A stretch of 64,000 bases of DNA, taken from positions 5,394,001-5,458,000 of the forward strand of contig OZ210884.1 in NCBI GenBank assembly GCA_964658305.1, in the 5' to 3' direction. The position numbers were made by a program, and so were the translations under genes. The notes under the pieces are model-generated. The model was not told where the DNA came from. It worked only from the letters and a program-made list of their open reading frames with translations, and did no database searches. The stretch is from Leptogorgia sarmentosa (Eukaryota). Of this stretch, positions 1 to 14,000 are shown piece after piece (position 1 is the first letter of the stretch; each line of letters opens with the position of its first letter).

Positions 1-3000
1 GACGATTTTGGACAAGTTGCGCTAGGATGCATGACTATATGTATCACTCGCCCTCGGCTTGTGTATTCAGTATAGCATGGGTTGTAAATAGAACTTATAG
101 CTGTATTGATGAAGATCCGACAGACCGCAAGAGATCAATGTTCTGGAGAATGACAATGCTTTTAGGGTTTAAATTTCCTACCAAACGTTCTCCAACCGAG
201 ACCTGGAATTTTACTGTATAACAGCTGAACTGAAGTATATATAAACTTTCATTTTAAACAAAAATATGAGGCATATCGATCTTCATTACTCCGACGCCAC
301 GAAACCTACCTCTCAACTTATCACCCTATAATCAGCATACAATGCCGCAATTAATTATACATAAGGTATATATTGCTGCAAAGATCAAGCCTTTTTACTT
401 CAATCATATTCACACACGTCATTTCTGGGGTGAAATAAAATGAAATTGTGGAGGAACATACTGATAAGTTGCTCTTGTTTAACAACTGAAAGAATTGTTT
501 ATCAGGTGAACCAGTTTGGAATATTTGTTCTTTCAGGCTTCTGGCGCCTGCTCTTTGTCGCCATGAAGTTAATTATACTTCAGAAATTGAACCGTAAATT
601 TTTCAAAGTATTTTCTCAGCCTGCCGCGGATGTTTGTAATTTTCATTGTATGATAATTACACACTGCTATTTTAAGTCTTTATGAGCAAAAGATCCAACG
701 TCACAAAGATATCGTGAAGCTATTCTTAACAACTTAATTGATGTATAGTTTGTGCCCTTCTGTTGCTTAGTAATAGCCTACATTATTTTAAATTGCATGC
801 ATACACATGCACGTACGTAGCGATCATTAGTTAAAAAAATATCAATCCATTTTCATATTTTGAGTTTTGTTCCACGTTCCATGCATAAACATTGTTTTTA
901 TGATTTTTTAAAAAATATTGAAAAAATATTTTTGTCGGATTTGGTGAAGGTCAGGGCCAAAGAATAGCTATAAGAACAAAGAACATGAAAGGTTATTAAG
1001 TATCATAACTTGAACAATTGCATGATCATACCTAAATATATTTAAATTATACCCATATAGTTTTTAAACATTTTGCCACTATATACAGCTAGGCTGTACC
1101 CTTAACAGGCTGTAGTGGGAAACTTTTCGAGGTAAACTTTTTGGTCAACAGTATATCTATATAGCTGCTATATATTATATGGAGCACTTACCTAATTGGC
1201 ATTCCGTTAACCAGAGCGCTGTCGTAAATTATATCCATATCTAAGTATATATGTTATCTATCATCCATGCATTTCAAGCATTGTTATTTAATTATCTTGT
1301 TGTGGGAAACATTAGCTGGCTTAAGACGTTAACGTATTATGCAATGTTTTGTATAGTTCAGGCTACTGAAATAACAAAATAATGGCATTTAATTTTTGTT
1401 TCTAACTTCCATGCAAGTATTAATTTTCATTATGCGTCGCTTGAAGATATATTGTATGGCTATACAGCTTAAAAAAAGGAATTCATGAATAAAATACATG
1501 AGCAGCTAGCAATAAGATGGTCTTTTGTTAATTCAACTTGTTGAAGATGTTGCGAGTCAAGAATTAGCATTTCACCTGGGCAACACATAGGCTATTATAA
1601 GCATTCAAGGTCAGTATATGATGGACATTTAATTCTATCTATTCCATAGTATTCAATAATTATCTGAATTCTTCACTTGAAATTATCCAGAACATTTTTT
1701 CTCATTTACAAAATGTTTTAAAAAGCTTATTGTTAATTGACTGGAACATATTTGGTTATTTTTATCTTGTAAGTTAGTATGGCTATTTTAAAATATGAAT
1801 TTGTTTTTGTGGAAGCATTTGTGGCTATAGCTTTTCTTTCTCTGCAACCCACGACTTTACCTTGGACAAGGCATTAAGGTCTTTCAGAAGTTTACTATAT
1901 CCTGTTTTATTCCTCTAAATTGTTTTACATAAATCAATATAATAATATTTAAATAACGGATAACAACGTCGGCCAGCAGCCAAAGTTCTACTCACCACCT
2001 AAACGATGCACTATAATTTTAATAATATTCGATATTCCTGCATTCAAGAACTGAAGATCTTTCGTTGCGAATTTATTTCGAAACGTCGGATCTTATTGTA
2101 TCGTTTATGCATGTAGTAGAACTTTTGCTGCTTGTTAAAATATAAATATACTGTCGCGTATATTCTTATCGTAGCAATATTTAGAGTTTCATGCGAAGGT
2201 TCACAAGAGAGAACTTGTTTTCACATATTCGTGTCTTCTCTCACGATTTGCGTGCATCATTATTTTAATTTCACCTATTTTAAAGTCATGAGACAAACTT
2301 GAAGCAAGTGAGCTATAAGTGTTCCTCGATCAGGCATTTGACTCTGTTTATAACGGTTTTGGAAACTGTTCATGTATTAAAGGAAACTCATCACACATAC
2401 CAAATAATGTTAAAACCAGATAAAAATATTATAATATTATATAAAACCGAGGGAGAATAAATCACAACTTTTATGCCATTTGCGTTTCCATGACTCAAGT
2501 GTTTATAATTGCATGTAAACAGTGTGAAATTAAGTTTTACTAAGAATTCAATTAAAATGCCAGCAGTAAATGGCACATAACAAACTCCTATAAATAGTTT
2601 AAGTGCTGTTTTTTTATCGCTATCCCCATATATGACCAATGCATGCAAGCAAAAGTAATAATTATATTTATAATGTAAATTAAGATGTTTTAATTAGCTA
2701 TAGGGTGGGTTTTTATCGAGTGCGTTCATAAATCGCAAAAGTAAACGGTTCTTGCTTAGAACATGAACGTTGAATTTCTTATTTGTAGAGCGTTTTCTGC
2801 TTCATTCTATTATTCATTGAGTGCTCACCCATCGTGAATCAGCAGGAAGATAATCACTTTGTATCTTGAAGTTTACGTCAATTAATTAAGAACAATTAAT
2901 TGCATTGAATATATAAACATTTTAATATAATTGTTATGTGGAATAAAATACTTTAAAAGTGAGAACAGAAGCACTAAACATGTTCATTTTAAGAGACTTT

Positions 3001-3039
3001 TATCGAATTTTTCAATACTAGATCAGAAATACACAGAAA

Positions 3040-4100
3040 CCAGTAAAAAAGACAAAATTGTGTTATGATCCACTTCAAACTGCTATAGCCGCGGGGATGC
3101 CATTTTTCTCAGCAGGTTGCAAAATAACACTAGCAGGTTACCGAAACGTCTTTAACAATACATCGGCTTACTTTTCATTGTTGTTTCTTGATCTATACCA
3201 TGCTGTACTATTGTTTTCATATCATTTTCATATAATATAATTTGTACAGAAATCTCAGTTGAAACTGATATGTGTTCATGTGAAGCTAGTATTTGCCGTT
3301 GGTTTTGGAAACGTATATTATATAATGTTATTGCAGAGACGAACTATATTGCCTGCAGTATGCGTCCTCTTTTATATCACAGTTTACTCAAAATAGTCGT
3401 TTCAAAATCTAAATAAGTTGTGCAAATAAACCACGAAAAGAATGATGAAAATCATACGATTCCACTTCCTGCCAGCCACAGGATGCCATTTTTCTCAGCA
3501 GGTTGCAAAATAACACTAGCGCGAAACATCTCTGACAGAACATCGCCTAACGTTTTATTGTTGTTTCTTGACCTTCCATTATTTTATGTCATATTTCGTC
3601 ATAGTCATCATATTCAAAAATGCGGTTTGTTTATGTGAAGTATTCACTTTTTTTCCTTTTTATTTGCTGTTTGGTTTTAGAGGGAGAGAGAAACTATACT
3701 CATTCCTGTATAGCAGGCGAATACATGCATGTTCTTTTATATCATGCATTGTTACTCAAAATAATTATTCGTTTCAATCTAAATGTTCAACCTTTAAAAA
3801 ATGACAAAAGATCACTGCAATCAACTTCAAACTGCTAGCCACAGGATGCCATTTTCTCGGCAGGTTGCAAAACAGCGCCAGCAGGTTATCAAACAGTACA
3901 CTGGCTAATCTTTTCCTACTTTTTTGATAAACTATTGTTAGGCGTGGAGATCATTTTAAATGCGTGTTTATGTGAATTATTTGTTTGAGTGTTTCTTGGT
4001 TTTAAACATACACCGCTGTAGATTAAATATTATTATAGCACATACAGAGAAACTATCCAGTGTTAGTATCCCTCTATATCTATGCATTAATTCAAAATAT
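3040..4100 (+). repeat. Three diverged tandem copies of a ~360-390 bp unit
   Basis: GGATGCCATTTTTCTCAGCAGGTTGCAAAA recurs at ~3095, 3481 and 3844, with homologous flanks. Confidence 0.8.
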
Positions 4101-4187
4101 TTCTATCCCTCGAATGCATTACTTTGCATTATCACCTGAAAGGAGAATATCTCACACGGTAAAGTCTAGGTGATGATGTGTATCTAA

Positions 4188-4393
4188 AGGCCCGTTTACA
4201 CTTGCAACTTTGACTGCGATTTCTAGTGCGATTTTCTCCTTTTGACAGACTGATGTGAATAAGTGGATTAATAACGAATGTGCTTGTGGACAAACTTCAC
4301 TATACATTTACAGCTAGTTTACTCGTTCACATCCATCGGAAGGAGAAAATCGCACTAGAAATTGCAGGGAAAGTTGCAAGTGTAAACGGGCCT
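4188..4393. mobile_element. PIF/Harbinger-type MITE
   Basis: TIR AGGCCCGTTTACACTTGCAACTTT...AAAGTTGCAAGTGTAAACGGGCCT, with TAA on both flanks (4185-4187, 4394-4396). Confidence 0.85.
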
Positions 4394-6530
4394 TAAGTGG
4401 TTTTCGGACCGCAAGGGGTCCCCGCCGTCTCAGTTGGTGGCTACTCCATGCAGGGATCTGTAACTATCAGACACTCTAGCATGCTTCCAACAGCGTTCTG
4501 ATATCATTATCTCTGTTTGGTTGTTTTCCAAATCTTTACAATATAACAGCAATTTGTATTCGACCCAGGAGGTAAATCAGTTTCCTTTGTGTAGTTTATT
4601 GGGTACAATCTTGGTTGAATCTACAGAATGTAGCTGTTTACAAGGGCACTGTACACGGCAGACCGATCTGACAAATATTCTAAAAGCAAGAAAGGTGGTT
4701 GCCATGCATTTCTGCATAACTCTCTTTTGATTTTAACATGAATGAGATCTATAGGAGATCGCGGCAGTGTACCCAAAAGAGAAAGTATACTATAGCATAA
4801 TTTTACTAAATATATATCGTGACAAATGTATTGCATGTCACAGCTCACACAATAATTGTTTGAAAAAAATTCCTAGCAGAAATTACATCCTCGTAATCTT
4901 GCAATAAAAAAACACTTTCCTTTATACACCTACGGATTAAACTCTTAAACATAGCTTCGCGAATGTTGCTGACGGTAATAGACATATGTGACGCAAATAG
5001 CTACCTCAATTAAAATACCAAACAGTTATTATCAAACAAATAAACTTTAAAACAACCGCAATAGTTTAAAAGTCTTTTGAAAGTTTCATGGTTCCGTCCC
5101 AACCATAATTAGCTGAAGTACCTGAGACAAAGAGCAGGCGCCAGTAGACTGAAAGTATTTTCAGGCCAAACCAAAATGATCATGCAATTATTAATTGACC
5201 TAAAAAAAATTCCCGATGTTGAAGATAATTGAAAATTAAGCGAAAAGAAAGACTTTATCTATGGAATTCTACGTAAATATTTTACTAGAGGTGCCAAGAA
5301 TAGTCGCAAATTAAAATGTTATTAAAACATCCCACGCTTTCAGAGTCTACATGAGCGTCCAACAGCGCTGTGATATTATTAACGCTGCATGTCAGGTAGT
5401 TGATATCCCGGATCTGAGCAATATAACGGCAATTTGCACTCTACCCAGGTGGTATGAATGTGTAGGCCACTATTTCCAGGTGTAAAACTGTAGTGAACGA
5501 GTTTCAGAAACAACGATTTTGTTTATTATACATTTTCAGCTTCCAGGTCACTGTTAAACATATAACTGCCGAGCTGGGGGGGGGGGGTCACGGATTTATA
5601 TAGCTAATCTGTGGCGTAGATATTATTTGTTTTATAGTCTGTAAATATACGCCTAGTTTCTAGTTCATCTGATCCTGGCAAAGGTTTACCAGGAAAATAA
5701 TTAACTGAAGATTCGAGAAAATTAAGCATTTCTATTCAAATAACATTTCTCTTGCGAATCACTTCATTCCCTTCTTGTTCCACGTTATTATTAGGGCATA
5801 TCCCTCTATTATGTTTGTGTAACCATTTTATCTTATCATTATTAAACACAATTACGTTGCAAGAGAGAAGAGTAGAGAATTGAAAGATATCTCGCAGCAT
5901 GAAATGTCTAGACGCGACAAATCTGATCAGCAGAATCAAGTTCTGTCTGCCGACGCAGGGGTCAATCTTACACAGCTGGTCATCACTCCATGCAGAGATT
6001 GTCTGCTTTGACATCTTAATTTGAATAACAGACACGTGTAATGTCCACATTGAAACAGGTTTTAGTATAGAATCATACTATAGTGTGCGGTTGAAAATGG
6101 TCCAATTTAATTAGCTTCTATGCTTACTACGTACACTGGCTATCTACTGTTAACTGTGTTTCTCGTTAGATACTGAATAGTCAAGCAAGTCTTTTCCTGC
6201 CGATTTAATTTCTTTGTAGAAAGAATGTTCTATGTTTGATCTCTGATTTGGCTTAAACAATTACATTATTCCGTCTCGATTTCTACAAACTAATAGTTGA
6301 TTGGGGCTTCGACCTCGTTAACGTCATCTCGCAGAAATCTCGAGCTTATAATCTAATTGTTGGGTAACAGTAGATTCTGGCTTGAAATGATCCAAAACAT
6401 GCACTTTGATTCGATGTTTAAAATGCTTCAATCTTTGCAGTTGAGCTGTATAGTTCAGCAGCATATTTTCATTTTACTCACTATGGTTGGAGACGAGAGA
6501 TTTTGAATATATGCATGATTGCTGTAAGTA

Positions 6531-6795
6531 AGCCCGTTTTCCACTAACACATTTCGCCCGACACTGAAAAAAAATTCGACGCAAAAAAATTTTTACACCG
6601 AAAAATTTAATTTGTTTTTCTTTATTTCAACCCATCAGTTAAAGGTTTGACAAAAGTAGAACATTTTCAACAACTAAAGAGGCGGGACAAATTTCCTCAG
6701 CGGCGAATGAATGTACTGAAAAACACGATTTTCTTGTCAATTTTTTTCGCCTGAGGCGTGCAAAATAAAGGAAATAATGAAGTGGAAAACGGAGT
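6531..6795. mobile_element. Degenerate Harbinger-like MITE
   Basis: CCGTTTTCCACT near 6534 and AGTGGAAAACGG at 6781 form inverted termini. Confidence 0.55.
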
Positions 6796-6977
6796 TTAGG
6801 GAGTTTTACCGACGGTGATAATAGTTTACCAATAGGTCCGACCAACATAATTTACCGACAGATGATTTACCTAAAAGGCGGTGTCACACCACAGAGTTCC
6901 ATAGAAAACAGGAAACCTGTTCTGTATGTTGATTTAACTCAACATAGACAGGGAAGCTCTTGTTGGTCAACTTTAGG

Positions 6978-7373
6978 TATATTATACAAATAATGAATGT
7001 GTATGAGTGCACTGATGGTAAGAATATTTTCTTTCTTTTTATTACCATTGCACGAATAAAAACACTTCATTATTTGTTTTATACAATACTAAAATAACAA
7101 AAGGTTTATTGCAAGCTGCCGCCATTTTGGTGTATTTTGACAACATAGATCGCATTTACCTGACGTCGAGAATCCGGGGTAAATAAACTGCGATCACTGT
7201 CGGAAAAGCGTTTTGAAAGATGGGAGTTACTGAAAAGACAGAGTGCAATAGTACGATCGTACGAGAGTGCAATCGTACTATTGCACTCTTGGGAAATGGA
7301 ACTTTCTGTTCAATATCACGTGACCATAATTAACCAGTCAAACGACCTGAATGTAATGAGGTATTATATAATA
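6978..7373. mobile_element. Probable MITE with internal palindrome
   Basis: Internal palindrome AGAGTGCAATAGTACGAT...ATCGTACTATTGCACTCT (~7240-7290); AT-rich inverted ends. Boundaries approximate. Confidence 0.4.
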
Positions 7374-8018
7374 TATAATGTCGTTTAATGTCTGGTAGAA
7401 GCGAGAGAATTTTATTAAATTGGATACGATGTATATTTTCAATCGGACATCAGATCAATACCTATAATGAGTAATCGACCAGGGGTGTTGCTAAAGAGGG
7501 GACTGGGGTCGGCCGGTCGGGCACTCTATCTCTATTGGTTTAACAACCAATTTTTTAATTTTATTAATATTTTTGATCTAGGTAAGTTAAACAAATAAAA
7601 TCTATCACGACAGTTCGAAAGAGCATGATGTCAAAGTGAGTAAGTAGCTATGCCTGGCTGCGAAACATAGCCTTGCAAAGTTTGTGAATTTTGTGCACTC
7701 TCCCACCATACATTTGCATGCATAAACATTTATCTGCGTATGTTTATGTATTCCACATTATTTTGACACTAAATCCAGATTACAATTAACAATAGATCAG
7801 CATACCTGAACAGTGTCTACGGGTTTGTAAAATAGTCTTTAATTTGTTTTGAAGGTGAAAATCTCGCTTTCTACTAGTAGCAGTAGCTACTTCTTCCTGA
7901 TACTTCATATACTGTTATTATCCAAGCATCGAATCATCGATCTATCGCTCAACAAGTTAATCAAGTTAAATTTAAAGAATTTTTTAAATCAGTTTAAATC
8001 CAATTTATATTACTACTT

Positions 8019-11000
8019 TTAAACGCTCGAAAATGATCTTTGCCGTCTTCGCACCAATACAACAGTTGCGACAACACTTAATAGGATGAAGACACCAGCA
8101 GCAACAATTAGTATTATCCCATACAATGGAAGCCCAGCATCTGTAGAAAATGTAAAAACACGTATATATACGCAAAATGTAAATGCATCTGTGCCAAGCC
8201 TACACGCCTTACGTCTTGGTCAAGGTTGATGAAAACAGGATGCAACTATGCGCATGCCCATATTGCTCAAGTTGTCAACAATATTGTTCAGCATTGTTGT
8301 TTTAATAGCCAATGAGAACTTAAATTTTAAAAACTATAGTAAAATTTTATTTAAATTACATATTGTTATTATACGTCGAAAAACCTTTTGGGAAACATGA
8401 ACGAAAATGATGATTGATCATTGATGATGATATGATGGTGATAATTCCTATATATTTTAATTTTCCCTGTCTTTTTACCTGATTCAGGTGTAGTGCTCGA
8501 CGTGTTATCCTTATCGTCCGGAAGAGCAAGAAGACTTGATATGTTAAGTTTTGAAGTAACTTCAGTCTCGTTAACAAAAAGAAACTCCTGTGAGCATAGA
8601 AAAAACATAGAGAATTACAGTAAAGCAAGTCATTGGTCAGCAGCGAAAAAAGTTAGATAATGCAAGATCATGACGCATAATGTAAAATGATACTACAAAA
8701 GATAAAGTACATTAATTTCCTTATATATACCTTTGAGAAAACTGAAACTTCAAATGAGATGAAATTTGCAAGATCAACGGTTGAAGCAGATTGGATTGAT
8801 GCTGAAACCGATACTGATGTTGTTGTACTATCATTTGTATTTGCTGGAGGAAGGAAATTGATTTGTATATCCACTGTATCATTGGTTGCCACAGTGGCAT
8901 TCTCGGGGAAATGTGAAGCAACGAAGGATTTATCATCGGACACCTGAATTGCGAAAGTGTTATTCGAGCCATAGTTTCTCAGAACGACAATAATAGACGT
9001 TGTTTCGTTTGGTGTTAAGCTGAAACTGTTGTTTTGTACGGCTACTTCAACTTCAAATTCTTGTGGTCTGATCACTGGAGGATTTAGCCGCTGAATTGTT
9101 TGTCCGTCCTTGCTATAGCCAACATACATTATTTTAAATGCATCATAATTTAGTTGAATTGAACCATAATAGGAATTATTATAGAAATCAAGTCCCTGCT
9201 CTAGTTCGAAACTCTTCAAACGGTTTCCTGCCGCGTCAATGAGGTATCCTGTAAGGTTTCTGTTAGATTGTAGAATATCTTCAGTTGGTTCGACTGTCAC
9301 GTATAACGTCATTCCTGGAAAATTCATTAGGAACTTTCATTGGTCAATATAAAAATTACATTCAAGAGTGTTACTGGTATTGTTTTCTCAATAGTACGAC
9401 AATGATGCAGCTATTCTGGTTTCAAATTGTCATGTGGCGTGTTGATGTATTGATCTGCCTCGAAAGCAACGTGTATTTTATGCAGGTAATTCTATACCTT
9501 TAATAGGGTTGCTTGATATAGGAACCAGGACTTTTCCAAATGCATTGGAATATTGTTCTTTTTCAAGAGATGTTGTAACAGCCAAAGTGCTTCGTGCTGT
9601 GACTTGGAATGTGAATGACCCCATTGCAGTTATGGTAAAATTCCATACCCCAGGCGTAGGTGTGATAATACCGACTGCATGAAAAGTAATTGTTTTTGAG
9701 ATATCATTTATTGTTGCTTCGCCATCTGAAACATAAAAAATACGTTTATATATATAGGATATTACACGGTTGCGAGAAGATATGGATTTTATGTTCGAGT
9801 GGCAAGAACAATATCTCACGAGTGAGCGCAGCGAACGAGTGAGATATTGTTCTTGCCACGAGAACATAAAATCCATATCTTCGAGCGAACCGTGTAATGT
9901 TCTGTTTATTATATGGACTTATTCAGAGTGACACAAATACACAACAACTACCCTTTTAATGAAAACATGCAGTCTAAAACACGACAATTAATGGCTTTAA
10001 AATTAGCCTTTACTAAATATAGATTATAAAATACCGCTTTATTGTAGTTTATCGTAGTATTGTAGCTTTATTGTTCGTCGCAAAACGTACTAATATCGTC
10101 TTCGCTTAAATTCACAAACCTTGAAGTAGAAGCCATTTGTAAACAGCGAAAAAGGCGGGAAGGTTATGTCACCCCTAAGCGTGACATACGGAAAATACGC
10201 GCACCGTATCCCGGATGTAGTGGCGTATGAGTTCTACGAGTGTTTTAGTTCTCAATAAAATACTGCTGTCCATATAATAATTGAATATAATGCATCATCA
10301 TCATAATGCACCGTTTTGCCAGTGATTGCATTTTATCGATTATGAAATAAATAGAGAATAATACATGCATGGGTGCGCGGAAATACCAGATTTATTTCGA
10401 GTGTTGAACATGATATCTCGCGAGTGAGCGCAGCGAACGAGTGCATGACATATCTGCATGTTCAACACGAGAACTAATCCATGGTATTTCCAAGCTCACA
10501 TGTATTTTCATTAATTTCATTGAATCGTGTGCTCATGGCTTTTTAGCTCAGTGTTTTTTTTTTAAAACTTTGCACGAAACAATCTGACAAAAAACCGCTG
10601 AAAATTTTTGTTGTTATTATCAACTTTGTGATTGGTTAGTTAAAATTATTTCGCAACTTGTGATTGGTTGGAAAATGTGTCAACGCACATATTATTATTA
10701 TTATTAGATGAGAAGAGAGCGGACGGGAGACGAGCACATGCATGCAACTTTTGTTACCATTTCCCTTTAAGCCCATAATACTTACAACGATGAAACAGCG
10801 GTAATTTCGCCATTATACTGTACCTTGAGGTGGAATGACTTGAATACTGGCATATCTTCCAGCACTTAACACAGCAGTTATAGAAGCAATGGTAGAATCA
10901 CTTTGAACAACGTAAGTTTTCGTTATTACGACGCCATTATAGCTGTGTCTTCAACAGAAAGCAGCGAGACTTTCTCTAACAACGATGAATTTCCGCCTGT

Positions 11001-14000
11001 AACACTTGCTTGACGAACAAGCTTAATTGCTTCGTCAATGTTGGATTTTGAAAATGCTATGAGCTGACCACCAGTTGCGCTGGCTAGTTTTTCGTACACT
11101 TGTCGTTCTGTCAGACTTCTTCGTCTACGGCGAGGACAACTGCCGCTGATTAAAGGGTAAATTCTACTCCGCCTTTGCGATGCAATTGCCAACACAGAGA
11201 ATATTAGATGGTCATCTTTGACGCCAGCATCACTGAAGTAATAGACATCAGAATTGGGTAAACTGTTAAGTAGAGCTAAATAAAGACCACTCAACCCCAG
11301 TTCTGGACAATCACCACCACCGTTTGCTGTGAGAGTGCTTACTCTCTGTTTTGCCACTTCAGGATCACTTGTTATTAGAACTGGACCAACATCTGTAAGG
11401 TATAAATAGAAACAGGGACAGTATGCATATAGGCATGCCTTCTTACAAAACGCCTATTTTTAGCCTTATATAAAAAATATGATAGCATTTGTTTTTTTGC
11501 TCATCCTCGTTTTTAACAAATCCATCTGATTGTTTTTTGTTTTGTCACGTGCTATTTTAATATATTCACTTGAATGAAAACAGGCGTGCTTTTCCCTGTG
11601 AACTCTGCGATTCAGTATCTGGACGATAGCCCTCTAGTAATCTAGCAGCGAATGGGTCTCGTCGCATATCAGTCGTGATGTATGATGGCGAATATGATGA
11701 CGATAGTTTCAAGCCCCAAGCACGCCATCACGGCCAATGCGGGATACACGCAGGCTGCTATGCGGGATACACTGAATCATAGAGCTCTCTGGCTTTTCCC
11801 CGACCCCCACACTATAACTAATCCCTGAAGAAAGGCGTTGGTTCAAAACGTCGGATATGTTTGCATCATTCAGGCAGTGAGAAAGAGCTTTTGCTGGCGC
11901 TAGTTGAAATAGTTGATTAGATTGTTTGGTGGATCAGAAATCAAACATAAAATGTTGCACAAAATAATTGGAGCCAGAAGACGTTTTCTTCACAGAAAAC
12001 TCGCTAGGAAAATGATTGTTTTGCCATTCGCTATAGGTCGAGGATTAGTATAAAAATTTTGGGGTAACGATAACATTCCCTGCAATCTGATTAGTCAACA
12101 CAGCCGCTACGGGGTGAAAATAATTTTCCCCTCACGCTTTACAAGCTTATATTCATTGAGGCGACTCCAAGGTCAATCACCTCGCCACTAATTGTTAAAT
12201 AGCAAGTAGTATAGCGAGTAGCATAGCCAAATGAATCAAATCACAGCAATTGCAATAGTATACTAGTATGATTCCATCAATAGTAGTTAGTAGAATCATA
12301 CTAGTATACTATTGCAATAGATAGCAAGTAGCAAACCATGTGAATTTTCGTTAAAGAAAATGTCTTCTGAGACGCGTTTTTAAATTATTTTTTGCAATAT
12401 TTTCATGTTTGATCTCTGATTCTACTAAAACAATTAGATTAGCTACTCGCTCTCGATTTCTACGAGATGATAGTTGATTCGGGCTTCGCCCTCATCAACT
12501 ATCATAGAAATCTCGAGCTCGTAATCTAATTGTTAATTATACAATGAGACAGCGAACCACCTGGGTCATTAAACGGTACTAAAACATAACGAAAATCTTG
12601 GTCATCATCAGCAGCAGCATCTTCAATAAACTGGACAGTAGCTTGTTGAACAGCCGCTATTTCATCTAAGAGAGGATAGAAATAAATAAAGGCCAGATTT
12701 AACATTGAGGATATTATGCGCATTTGCCATTAGGCGAATTTGTTCGCCCCAACAGGAAAAAAACTACTTAATTGGCTGGCGACAAACACTGGATTGTTTG
12801 CGCGAAAAAAATCGCCCATATCAGTTGAAATCGGATTTTACACGGCGGCGCAAAGAAATAAATTTTATCCAATGTAAATTGTGTCTTCACCACGAGAAGA
12901 TACGTTAAACTGAGGTGTGAATAACTTCAATTGGTTTGTGGCTCTTACACAAACATAACTTCGCCATTTTGAAAACACAAAGTTATTTATGGCAGGAAAT
13001 GATCACGTATCTATTTCTTCGTACTAGTCATTAATGTAATACCAGGTGATCTGAAAACACGAAAAAGGACTGGCACTAGTTGTCAAATAGAAATCCATTT
13101 TTCGATTGAAACTATTAAATTTCTCCCGAAATATAGTTCACTTTGTTTTCAAATTTCTGATAGACTTATAATTTTCTTTTATTGAACATTTTTAAAATCT
13201 CCTAAATATTTTGGTTTACGTCAACTATAAACACTGGAAATGTAATGAACGTTTATTGAATTGATGGAAAATGACAGAATATAATTCTATATATAATAGA
13301 ATTAAAAATGAGTTAAAACAAATACAAAGGTAAAAATTTATATTATTATATGTGAATAAACAGGTCTGGAGCTTTTATTATACATAAATTTAATCTTTTA
13401 GAGTATCACGAATGTTGCAACAATTATAAAATGAAAGAGAATTGTTAATTTAATTTAGAAACATACCACTCATACTTCCAGTTGTATCAATGGCAAACGA
13501 AAGAGTTCGAAGCGATTCCATGTTCAAAAATTTTGCAAAGTTCTCATCACCAACATCCTTTCGAATGCCGTCGAAAAACAATTTTGTTGCTTTAATGGCC
13601 ACTCTTGCTGCAGGCTTGTGTTGTCTGTTATATCAGGAGAAATAAAATTAAGAATTAAGATACAACCATATAGTTGAATACAGTTCGGAAACTGCGGGGG
13701 GAGCCCTAACCCGAACCCTAGCTTTCAGATATCACTTGAAAAAGTGCCCTTTTCCTTTGAGGAAAGTCAAATGCCGTTTTCACCAGATGTCCCCTTTCAA
13801 TGTGCTTTCTACGCCTCTGATACAGTTAAAAATATACCCGGTATTCTTGTCGAAATAATGCCGCTTAATAGATCAATGAATTTTCATCATTTTCATCATT
13901 GAACATCAATTTTCAAAATTTGTTCGGGATATAACAAAGCTAAAAACTGAAACTTAATTGTAGCGTTCTTTTTATTGGATAAGAAACCAAACTTGTAAAA

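Noticed and set aside
1..221. Possible exon at the window start (plus-strand 64-aa ORF, or minus-strand VSVGERLVGNLNPKSIVILQNIDLLRSVGSSSIQL* after an aattccag acceptor)
   Set aside because: No recognisable domain or partner exons; cannot be supported.
8687..8972. Short ORFs overlapping VWA7, cathepsin C, GPCR and TenA exons in other frames or strands
   Set aside because: Shadow ORFs of real exons; their repetition only reflects paralogy.
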